From Candidatus Hermodarchaeota archaeon (lineage in GTDB: Archaea; Asgardarchaeota; Hermodarchaeia; Hermodarchaeales; Hermodarchaeaceae): 15,493 nt of DNA. This document shows, piece after piece, positions 1-7,816 of the stretch; positions within the stretch are counted from its first letter, which is position 1, and every line of letters begins with the position of its first letter. The translations under genes and the position numbers were made by a program. Under the pieces are notes generated by a model, which was given only the letters and a program-made list of their open reading frames with translations, had not been told where the DNA came from and ran no database searches. The stretch lies in assembly GCA_016840065.1 (NCBI GenBank), contig JAEOTB010000026.1, forward strand, positions 1 to 15,493, read 5' to 3'.

Positions 1-2
1 AT

Positions 3-1784
3 CAAGGTCCCTACATCAATGATCTCGTCTTCAGCTTTTATCATGGCGCCGATGCACAATGGGCAGCGTTGACAGACGGTGTTATTGATGCTGGTAATGA
101 ATTAGTAGTACCCGTGGCTAGATCTGACATACAAGCTGATCAGATAGAAACTGACGCTTTCTGGGGAATTGCTTGTAGCACACACGACGATGAATACTTT
201 GTAGAGGAACCTCCCTACGGTATACCACTGTTTGAACTAACTGGCTGGCCGCTGAACCATCTTTCCCTTCGCAGAGCAATCGCAATGGCAATCGACAAGA
301 CATACCTAGCCGAAAGGTGTTTTGGCGAGCACGGATTCGCTACTGATCATATAATACCACAAAGCTTTGGTGCGTGGCACAATCCAGAACTCCCTGTTGA
401 CCATCGTTCTGGTGATCTTGCAGGTGCTATTGCTCTATTAGATGCTGCTGGTTTTGTAGATCGTAATAGCGATGGTTATCGCGACGCACCTGACTCGGAT
501 GACGAAGTAAACATCAATTTCTTCTATACTCCAATTGAACTAATGAGTAAAGAGGACTCACATTCGATAATCGCGACAAATACGACGATAATAGCAGAAT
601 ATGTCGGTGAGGTTCTAGGTAATCTTGGTTTTATGTACACCCTCAATCCAGTGACCTCCCAAAGCCTATACTATCTTACCCATCTAGGAACACGGGGCTA
701 TCACTTAGCTCTGGTACCTTTCTATCTCCCAGAACATACACCATTTTTCTTAGACGACCTATTCTACAGCTGGAACATTCCTTACACCAATTACTTCAAT
801 TTTGACAACGAAACCGTTGATGGTCTCCTTGAATCGCTTAATGTTACCTACGAGTACCATGAATTCAAGGATTATGTTTGGGACATCCAAGATGCCCTAG
901 CTTTGAATCAGCCGCTCATCCCTCTAATCAGCAAATACACCTTCATCGCGCATCGAACAGACAGATTCGACCATTGGGTGAACACACCTAGTGCTGGCTC
1001 ATCAAACCATTGGTCCTTTCTCCAGGCTCGCTTGAAAGCTGACCAAATCGAACGAAACCCAATTTCAGGAGTAGGTGGTACAATGGACTTCGGACTCAGT
1101 AATGCACCTGACACCCTAAACCCAATGTTGGTATCAGTGGATGATTCGTGGTTGGTGCTGGACTCGATTTATTCCCGCCTTGTAGATGAACATCCCAGCA
1201 CAATTGAAGCAATTCCTAACCTTGCTCGTAGCTGGTATATTGAACCCGAGGGTGGCGGTCTGAAGCTGACATTCAACCTAGTTGACAATGCCACATGGCA
1301 CGACGGAATCAGCTTCTCTTCTTCCGACGTGAATTTCACCTATCATTACATAAACAGCTTACCCGATCCCTGGCCCTTCAGCTGGCCGAAACCACATCTG
1401 GAATTTACATCAATCGATGTTATAAACAACATAACTATTGCAATTCACACTCCCCTCCAAAATTATCTATCTATCTTAGAGCTTGTTAACCAAGTCATTC
1501 TTCCAGAGCACATTTGGGAGGGGATTATAACCCCCCTTGTCTTTACTAATCCAAGGCCAGTTGGCACTGGACCATTCCGATTTAAATCCAGACCCGAAAC
1601 AGGTCTAGTATTCCTTGAATACTATGAGGATTATCATTACGGGTTCTCTGGCGCTCGTCAGGAACTGGTTTATGTTGATGTTCCACTTATGACTTGGCTT
1701 GCATCAGGTAGTTTCATTATTATCATGGTAGCCGTTGCTGCGTTTTGGTATCTCCGTCGACGACCTCATGGTTTTGAGCCCTAG
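3..1784 (+). CDS. Family-5 (Opp/Dpp/Nik-type) ABC solute-binding protein, circularly permuted, C-terminal TM anchor; 5'-truncated by window edge
   Basis: The frame is open from nt 3 (QGPYINDLVFSFYHGADAQWAALTDG), aligning with EGPYINDLAFYFYHGADAQWSALVDG of the downstream paralogue, so TTG at 69 is not the true start. Family-5 motifs: LRRAIAMAID, PDTLNP, PNLARSW, TFNL..NATWHDG..FSSSDVNFT, ILPEHIW, PVGTGPF. Ends in a hydrophobic helix plus RRRPHGFEP. Confidence 0.9.
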   Translation, partial: QGPYINDLVFSFYHGADAQWAALTDGVIDAGNELVVPVARSDIQADQIETDAFWGIACSTHDDEYFVEEPPYGIPLFELTGWPLNHLSLRRAIAMAIDKTYLAERCFGEHGFATDHIIPQSFGAWHNPELPVDHRSGDLAGAIALLDAAGFVDRNSDGYRDAPDSDDEVNINFFYTPIELMSKEDSHSIIATNTTIIAEYVGEVLGNLGFMYTLNPVTSQSLYYLTHLGTRGYHLALVPFYLPEHTPFFLDDLFYSWNIPYTNYFNFDNETVDGLLESLNVTYEYHEFKDYVWDIQDALALNQPLIPLISKYTFIAHRTDRFDHWVNTPSAGSSNHWSFLQARLKADQIERNPISGVGGTMDFGLSNAPDTLNPMLVSVDDSWLVLDSIYSRLVDEHPSTIEAIPNLARSWYIEPEGGGLKLTFNLVDNATWHDGISFSSSDVNFTYHYINSLPDPWPFSWPKPHLEFTSIDVINNITIAIHTPLQNYLSILELVNQVILPEHIWEGIITPLVFTNPRPVGTGPFRFKSRPETGLVFLEYYEDYHYGFSGARQELVYVDVPLMTWLASGSFIIIMVAVAAFWYLRRRPHGFEP

Positions 1785-1851
1785 TAATTCATCTTTCTCA
1801 AGCGAGAGATTGGTGGCAAAAGCCTGGTATTGAGTTTTGCAGATTTAGTTA

Positions 1852-1908
1852 TTCTTAAAAGATTCCACTTCAAGTTCAAGTCATTCGCTTTACTTGATCA
1901 TTGTGGAG
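1852..1908 (+). promoter_or_regulatory. Putative TATA-like box and Shine-Dalgarno for the second solute-binding protein
   Basis: TTCTTAAAA at 1852-1860, and GGAG at 1905-1908, 8 nt before ATG 1917. Confidence 0.4.
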
Positions 1909-1916
1909 ACAATATC

Positions 1917-3899
1917 ATGGTAACGTCTAATTCTATAAAACGCTTATCAAATAGCCGACAAAGACGCCGTGGCCTCTATCTAGCCGTTTGCCTAGTGTTC
2001 TGTGGTTCTCTTATTATCGGATCAAACATCGCTGCAGCAAATGGCTCAGCGATTCCTCGCCAAATCCTATCCAGCTTCTCATACGAAGGTCCATATATCA
2101 ACGACCTAGCATTTTACTTCTATCACGGGGCAGACGCTCAATGGAGTGCCCTCGTCGACGGAGTGATTGATGTCGGTAACGAGTTGATTAACCCAGAAGA
2201 GGCATCTGAAATCGACTGCGATGAAATAGTAGCCGATGCATTCTGGGGTATAGCTTGTAGCACACACGATGACCCCTTCTTCTTCGAAGAAGACTACTAC
2301 CCAGACACTCCTGTACCGCTACCAATATCTGGGTGGCCTCTAAACCACCTCCCCCTCCGCCGGGCAATTGCAATGGCTATCGACAAAGAGTACTTGGCTG
2401 ATATAAGCTTTGAATACGGTGTTGCCCTAGATCATGTTGTTCCTGAATGCTTTGGTGAATGGTCAAATCCTGACCTTCCCTCTGATTACCGTTCAGGCGA
2501 TTTAGAAGGAGCTAATACCCTTCTTGATGATTCGGGCTTCGAAGACCGCAACGGCGACGGTTATCGCGACGCACCAGACTCAGACAACGAAGTAAACATC
2601 AACCTCTTCTATGCGCCACTCGAGTGGTATCCAAAGGCTGATAGCCACTCTGTGCTCTTGACAGACAACAACGTAATCGCTGAATATATCGGAGAAATAC
2701 TAGGTGAGCTAGGCTTCCAGTATACGGTTAACCGGGTCCTACCAGAAGTCCTCTATTACATAACTCACTACGGAACTCGTGGTTATCATTTAGCGCTTAT
2801 TCCTTTCTTCCTCAAGGGTCTTCATCTCAATACTGGAACCCGTCCAATAACCATTCCTCTATACATCAAAGACTGGTTCTATTCTTGGAGTATTCCATAT
2901 ACGAACATCTTCAATTATGATAACGAGACCTGCGACGCAGACATTGAGGCTCTCGACACAACTCCTGATTACAATGACTTCAAGGAGCTAGTATGGGATA
3001 TTCAGGAAAATGTTGCTGAGAACCAGCCAATAATTCCTCTCATAACTACCAAAGTCTTCACCGCTCACAGGAATGACCGCTTCGAAGAATGGGTTAATAC
3101 ACCCTATATTGGGTCATCAAACTACTGGTCTTTGCTCCAAGCTCGACTGAAATCTGGTCAACCCGAGGCTAATTCTATCTCAGGAGTTGGAGGGGCGATG
3201 GACTTCGGCCTTACTGTAGCACCCGACACTCTTAATCCCATTCTGACCTCAGTTGAATCGTCATGGTTGGTTCTTGATGCCATCTATTCACGCCTCGTAG
3301 ACAAACAACCTCTTACAGATGAAGCAATACCGAATCTCGCCCGAAGCTGGATAATAGAACCTGAAGGCGACGGGCTCAAACTGACCTTTAACCTAGTAAG
3401 TAATGCTACATGGCACGATGACACGCCTTTTACCTCTTCTGACGTGAACTTCACTTACTACTATATCCGGGATCTACCTGGTCCCTGGCCTGTCAGGGAT
3501 TCTAAGCCTGTGCTGAACTTCACTTCAATCGACGTAATCAACAATGTTACAATTGTAATCCATACACCACTAAACGGATACAACAATTTCATCGAGTTGG
3601 TGAATATACCCATACTCCCAGAGCACATCTGGAAGGATATTCTCCAACCTGTATATTTCACTAATCCCCGACCAGTAGGTACAGGTCCATTCCGTTTCGT
3701 ATCCAGACCTGAACCTGGAATAATCTTTCTAGAGTACTTTGAAGAATACCACTTTGGGTTTCCTGGTGCTCGTCAGGAAATAGTATACGTCGATGTTCCT
3801 CTTCTCACTTGGCTTGCAGCTGGGTCTTTTGTGATAATCATGACAGCCCTTGCCGCGTTTTGGTTCCTTAGAAGGCGCCCACACGGATTTGAACCATAG
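1917..3899 (+). CDS. Family-5 ABC solute-binding protein, circularly permuted, with signal peptide and C-terminal TM anchor (paralogue of upstream gene)
   Basis: ATG at 1917 is preferred over TTG 1830: GGAG at 1905-1908 precedes it, and it begins a basic n-region (RQRRRG), hydrophobic core and AAA-type cleavage region. Same family-5 motifs as the upstream gene, collinear with it over the full visible length. Confidence 0.92.
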   Translation: MVTSNSIKRLSNSRQRRRGLYLAVCLVFCGSLIIGSNIAAANGSAIPRQILSSFSYEGPYINDLAFYFYHGADAQWSALVDGVIDVGNELINPEEASEIDCDEIVADAFWGIACSTHDDPFFFEEDYYPDTPVPLPISGWPLNHLPLRRAIAMAIDKEYLADISFEYGVALDHVVPECFGEWSNPDLPSDYRSGDLEGANTLLDDSGFEDRNGDGYRDAPDSDNEVNINLFYAPLEWYPKADSHSVLLTDNNVIAEYIGEILGELGFQYTVNRVLPEVLYYITHYGTRGYHLALIPFFLKGLHLNTGTRPITIPLYIKDWFYSWSIPYTNIFNYDNETCDADIEALDTTPDYNDFKELVWDIQENVAENQPIIPLITTKVFTAHRNDRFEEWVNTPYIGSSNYWSLLQARLKSGQPEANSISGVGGAMDFGLTVAPDTLNPILTSVESSWLVLDAIYSRLVDKQPLTDEAIPNLARSWIIEPEGDGLKLTFNLVSNATWHDDTPFTSSDVNFTYYYIRDLPGPWPVRDSKPVLNFTSIDVINNVTIVIHTPLNGYNNFIELVNIPILPEHIWKDILQPVYFTNPRPVGTGPFRFVSRPEPGIIFLEYFEEYHFGFPGARQEIVYVDVPLLTWLAAGSFVIIMTALAAFWFLRRRPHGFEP

Positions 3900-3923
3900 T
3901 CTCTTAGAAGAACTAGATTAATC

Positions 3924-3962
3924 GGATTTGAGGGTGAACACCCTCAACATCCCCTCTTTTTT
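3924..3962 (+). terminator. Hairpin plus T-tract terminator after the solute-binding protein pair
   Basis: Perfect inverted repeat TTGAGGGTG-AA-CACCCTCAA (3928-3947), extendable by GGAT/ATCC with a 1-nt bulge, followed by CCTC and T6 (3957-3962). Confidence 0.7.
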
Positions 3963-4048
3963 CAGATCCTTATTTCAATCTCTTTCTTTATCAATATCCC
4001 ATCTTTGATTCATTTCCCAAACTAATTTATGTCGGCTTGGGTAGCTGA

Positions 4049-4585
4049 TTGTTGAGGAAAAGTGAATTGCCGGAAGAATCGGAACCTTGGATTGTGGTGG
4101 TCCGAGGTGAAGCAGAAGGTGTTGAACAGCGTGTCGCAATTGATTTCGAAGACACTGAACTATTCTTCGGTTCGAAAGGTTACGCTGTTAGCCCAAACTT
4201 CGTGAAGCGCCTTCTTGCTCTTGTTCGAAAAAACGAACACTGGGTAATAAAGACAATTATTGAAGATATTCGTACACCCGAAACCACACCCTTTCCATTG
4301 GTAACTCCTCTCTTTGTATTACTTAGTCGCAGCCATCCTCGCGGGCTTTCAGCTGGAGCTCTTTTTATTGCCCCCGATGATTCTTCCTTATCTCAAACCT
4401 CCTCAGTGGAGGTAGGTAGTGCTGAACGATACAATCTTGTGGGGCTTTCACCTATCGGCTTCGCTGCAGCATGTGCTGATGATGTCCGACTATTTGCACG
4501 GTTCCTAGCCCGATTACTCAAGCACCCTGAAGCCTTTCAGGAGGTATCACTCCTTCTCCCCAGAAGTGCTGCAACACCAGATTAG
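4049..4585 (+). CDS. Hypothetical soluble protein (about 172-178 aa)
   Basis: Fills the gap between the terminator and the convergent methyltransferase, whose stop it abuts exactly. Alternative start TTG 4067 follows TGAGGA (4053-4058). No motif recognised. Confidence 0.7.
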   Translation: MLRKSELPEESEPWIVVVRGEAEGVEQRVAIDFEDTELFFGSKGYAVSPNFVKRLLALVRKNEHWVIKTIIEDIRTPETTPFPLVTPLFVLLSRSHPRGLSAGALFIAPDDSSLSQTSSVEVGSAERYNLVGLSPIGFAAACADDVRLFARFLARLLKHPEAFQEVSLLLPRSAATPD

Positions 4586-5359
4586 TTATCTTTCTAGCTT
4601 CTCAGCCTTGAGCACTAGAAAGAACGGTATACGCCTCTCCCTCTCAAAGAAGGGATCATCATCGACAGGTCTGGGCTCTTCGAGATCCAACAGTCTAAAT
4701 CCCGAACTAGTCAAAGCCTTGACGTAAGTACTGATAGATCTATGGAAGAAGCTAAATTGCTTAGGAAACGGAGTGCCTGCACGAGTTTTCCACTGAATCA
4801 AGTACTCCTTCTCATCAAAGTAATTGTCAAAGACGAAATAACGGCCTTTTCGTCGACCTGAGTCAGGACTTTTCTCATCTAGCACCCACCGCCCTGGACC
4901 AAAGACGTTGAATGCTGGATGTATAATTGAAAAGACAAGAAGTCCCTTGAATTTTAGGGTTCGAAAGAATTCCTGTAAGGCATCTAGAAAGCAAGGCACA
5001 TTTAACAACACAAGATTACAGAGAACAAGGTCAAAAGAGGAGTTCTCGATGAAATCAAGACTACAAATATCACCAACAAAGAATTCAATACTCTCGTCAT
5101 AAGGTCTCTGTTTACAGAGGGCAATCATTTTTTCAGAGATATCAACTCCGACAACATCCGCTCCATGTTTTGCATAATACTGAGAGAGGTAACCTTCACC
5201 GCAGCCAGCGTCGAGGAGCCTTTTCCCCCTAACATCACCAAGAAGTCGCTCAACACATGGATTCAGGATTTTTCGGTGGTGCGGTGTTCCCATGCCATTC
5301 ACCAACGTGGTATAATCCTCAGCATTAGCTTCCCACTGTTCAAAAATACGAGAGTCCAT
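4586..5359 (-). CDS. Class I SAM-dependent methyltransferase
   Basis: Motif I LLDAGCGEG, then VVGVDIS, GDI, FDLVLCNLVL and LKFKGLLVFS. The C-terminal FFHR..STY...GF....LEEP pattern is typical of small-molecule methyltransferases. Confidence 0.93.
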   Translation of the reverse strand: MDSRIFEQWEANAEDYTTLVNGMGTPHHRKILNPCVERLLGDVRGKRLLDAGCGEGYLSQYYAKHGADVVGVDISEKMIALCKQRPYDESIEFFVGDICSLDFIENSSFDLVLCNLVLLNVPCFLDALQEFFRTLKFKGLLVFSIIHPAFNVFGPGRWVLDEKSPDSGRRKGRYFVFDNYFDEKEYLIQWKTRAGTPFPKQFSFFHRSISTYVKALTSSGFRLLDLEEPRPVDDDPFFERERRIPFFLVLKAEKLER

Positions 5360-5444
5360 GAATCAACTCAGGTTCATACCCTCTTAGCCTTTACCATAGG
5401 TTCTGAGTAGGTTTATGTGTACGGAAAAACAGGAAGTTCATACA

Positions 5445-6257
5445 ATGCCAGCAGAAGCATTTCCAAGTTTGGTTACACCAACCACTCCTCCCTTCGATCA
5501 GCTCGAACTAGCACGAGAGGCTAGACGCCATGTCTGCCGGGAGTCAGATGCTGCTCGGAAGTATACGAGTTTCTACGTCGCTGGAGTTTATGGGGGTATC
5601 GCTACAGCCTACGCGCTGGGCTGTTCGCTTAGATGCATTTTCTGCTGGTCTGATTCAAGAGATCATCAAATAGGAAAACGCGTAAGCTTCTATTCGCCAT
5701 CTGAGGTATTTGAGGAGCTATGGGAGACTGCAAGGAAGAAAGGCGTGCGCAAGGCCCGAATATCTGGGGCAGAACCCACGCTCTGCAAAGAGCACATGCT
5801 ACAGCTGCTCCCACTTGTTGAGGAATCTGATTTCGAGAGTTTCATGCTCGAGACCAATGGAACAATATTTGGAACCGATCCTAGCTATGTCCAAGAGGTA
5901 GCAAAATATGACAAGGTCCACATACGCGTAGGGCTCAAAGCCGGTTCACCAGCGGGATACCAAAGGCGTACTGGTGCTCTCGGAACTGGCTATGAACTAC
6001 CCTTCCAAGCCATCAAACATCTACTAGAAGCGAGAGCTAGTTTTCACGTAGCAGCAATGACCGATTCCAGACTGATGTCGGCTAAAGAACGTACCCAGCT
6101 GATAGAAAGGTTGACCGAATTGAGCCCTCTGCTTGCAAGAAACCTAGAAGAAGAAACTTGCGACCGCTACCCATCTACACAACGCAGATTGGAAGCAGCC
6201 AGCGCGGACCCAATTGATTTCTTTGTACGAAGAAAACCCCTAAAACCCCTCCCGTAG
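5445..6257 (+). CDS. Radical SAM protein (resembles the uncharacterised archaeal COG5014-type family)
   Basis: CxxxCxxC (CSLRCIFC) preceded by YGGIATA, a GGE-equivalent ISGAEPTL, and LETNG. ATG 5445 is preferred over 5415 because TTTATG at 5412-5417 is at TATA distance and AGGAAG lies upstream. Subfamily call is from memory of the motif. Confidence 0.88.
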   Translation: MPAEAFPSLVTPTTPPFDQLELAREARRHVCRESDAARKYTSFYVAGVYGGIATAYALGCSLRCIFCWSDSRDHQIGKRVSFYSPSEVFEELWETARKKGVRKARISGAEPTLCKEHMLQLLPLVEESDFESFMLETNGTIFGTDPSYVQEVAKYDKVHIRVGLKAGSPAGYQRRTGALGTGYELPFQAIKHLLEARASFHVAAMTDSRLMSAKERTQLIERLTELSPLLARNLEEETCDRYPSTQRRLEAASADPIDFFVRRKPLKPLP

Positions 6258-6363
6258 GAGCCAGGCGGCTTCCCTGATACTGCTGGCACGAACCTAGCGG
6301 TTGGATGTCTATCCTTAAACCGAGTAGGTAGCGAACATCTCGCGTCTAGTTGTAGACTAGTGG

Positions 6364-6984
6364 CTACTCAGCTATGCTCTTCACAAGTCGGCTAGTATAT
6401 CGGTTAATGGCAGCTGAGAGAATCTGTAGTATAAGGCAAGTGATGATTGCACCTAGGGCAACGTACGCCGCGATGATTCCCCACTCGAAGAGAAGTTCAC
6501 CGGTTAGACTGTAGTTTAAGAGAAAAGCAGTACCCATCGGACTAAGCCAGTATTTCCAGAAAAGGTAATAGGCATAAATCCCGCCACAAAGTCCAAAACA
6601 TACTGCTCCACCGAACAAGAGGAGAATAGTCTTCGTAGCTGGAGTGCTCGTCTCTATCTGTTCATGCTCTTTTCCAATGATGAAGTTTCTCACAGATTTA
6701 TGTGAACGTAGGAAGAATCCTAGAAAAGCGATGAAAACAAGGAAGGTAACTCCGCCACCAAAAAGAAGGGCAAGGATGAGAATATCAGTATAAACACTTA
6801 ACGCATCATAAATACCAGTGATTATCAGAACAAACATAACTCCTTCGCCCAGCAGAACTAGAAGAGAAATCAGTTGTAATGCGAATGTACCACTTGCGAT
6901 GCTACTGAATACACGTTTCATGTTGAATGTGTCTTTTTCAGGCAAAACTATCCCAACTTTAGCATGGTTTCTAATGTTTAACAT
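6364..6984 (-). CDS. Hypothetical integral membrane protein, about 4 TM helices
   Basis: Four hydrophobic segments separated by a polar loop (RSHKSVRNFIIGKEHEQIETST). The true start may be ATG 6921 (MKRVFSS). Confidence 0.8.
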   Translation of the reverse strand: MLNIRNHAKVGIVLPEKDTFNMKRVFSSIASGTFALQLISLLVLLGEGVMFVLIITGIYDALSVYTDILILALLFGGGVTFLVFIAFLGFFLRSHKSVRNFIIGKEHEQIETSTPATKTILLLFGGAVCFGLCGGIYAYYLFWKYWLSPMGTAFLLNYSLTGELLFEWGIIAAYVALGAIITCLILQILSAAINRYTSRLVKSIAE

Positions 6985-7038
6985 ACCTTCTAGTAGAAAA
7001 AGATTTAGCCCATCTAATTCTTAGCGTCATCTTGAGGG

Positions 7039-7066
7039 TGAAGAAGGCATTGTTCTTGCTTCTTCA
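7039..7066 (-). terminator. Possible hairpin downstream of the hemerythrin gene
   Basis: TGAAGAAG (7039-7046) and CTTCTTCA (7059-7066) form an inverted repeat about 25 nt after the stop. No clear U-tract follows. Confidence 0.35.
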
Positions 7067-7089
7067 GGAAGGATTCAAAGCTTTAGCTG

Positions 7090-7650
7090 CTATCTAAGTT
7101 CTTTCTCCAGCTCTAGGACGATCTTCTCGTATCTTCGGTGGGCTGCAGCTCCTCCAACAAGCTTGTCAAAGCGTTTGAAGTCAGCAGCCATATTGTCTTT
7201 TTCGGCTTTACTGAGAACCTTGACCATCGCTGGAAAGACATCATCTTCTTCGGCTTTGAAGTGGGCCTTCATCATGTCAACGTAATTGGTTACTGCACGC
7301 AGGATTCGTTTTCGAGCGCTGGTACTACCCCGCTGATACTCACGGATGGCCTTATGCATCTCATTGGCTAGATCTAAGCCCTGGATGTGCTCATCGATGA
7401 GGACACCGATCTGATCCCAAACCTTCTCTGAAAGTTCGGCTTCGTGCTCTCGCATGTGCATGAATAAGATGTCTTCTTCCTTGCTGTGATGGATTACATC
7501 AGCATAGCTTTGGATAAATTCCACCAGTTTCCAGAACGTGGGAGCCGATATCTCTTTCTTCTTCTTTAGCTTTGAACGAACCTTTTCAACTAATTTGATA
7601 ACGCGTTCAACGAGTTTGTGCTCGTCAAGGAGTATTTGAATCGGATACAA
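7090..7650 (-). CDS. Hemerythrin-like HHE cation-binding domain protein
   Basis: Two HHE repeats: LLDEH...HHSKEEDILF and LIDEH...HFKAEEDDVF. TTG 7650 (MYPIQILLDEH) is preferred because GGAGG lies 8 nt upstream, inside the 7665 GTG extension. Confidence 0.92.
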   Translation of the reverse strand: MYPIQILLDEHKLVERVIKLVEKVRSKLKKKKEISAPTFWKLVEFIQSYADVIHHSKEEDILFMHMREHEAELSEKVWDQIGVLIDEHIQGLDLANEMHKAIREYQRGSTSARKRILRAVTNYVDMMKAHFKAEEDDVFPAMVKVLSKAEKDNMAADFKRFDKLVGGAAAHRRYEKIVLELEKELR

Positions 7651-7816
7651 TCTTATTGCCTCCACTCGTAGTTTTAGCCTCTCCTGATTTCTCTCTGCTT
7701 AAATAATTTCATTATTTTCAACATGCACACCATTTTAACAGACTTACATCTAAGAACGTTTGATACAACCCTTTCGAAGACATTATCTAGTTGGTACAAA
7801 CTCTGCGTTGGTCAAT

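Noticed and set aside
69-71. TTG 69 as start of the first solute-binding protein
   Set aside because: The frame is open and homologous to the paralogue back to nt 3, and there is no signal peptide after 69; the gene is truncated by the window.
1830-1916. 29-aa N-terminal extension of the second solute-binding protein
   Set aside because: It overlaps a TATA-like box and SD; ATG 1917 gives a proper signal peptide.
2188-2373. Poly-Gly ORF (PGGGGGG) and C-run at 2345-2358
   Set aside because: Antisense by-product of His-Leu-Pro-Leu codons; the sense frame is intact, with no evidence of phase variation.
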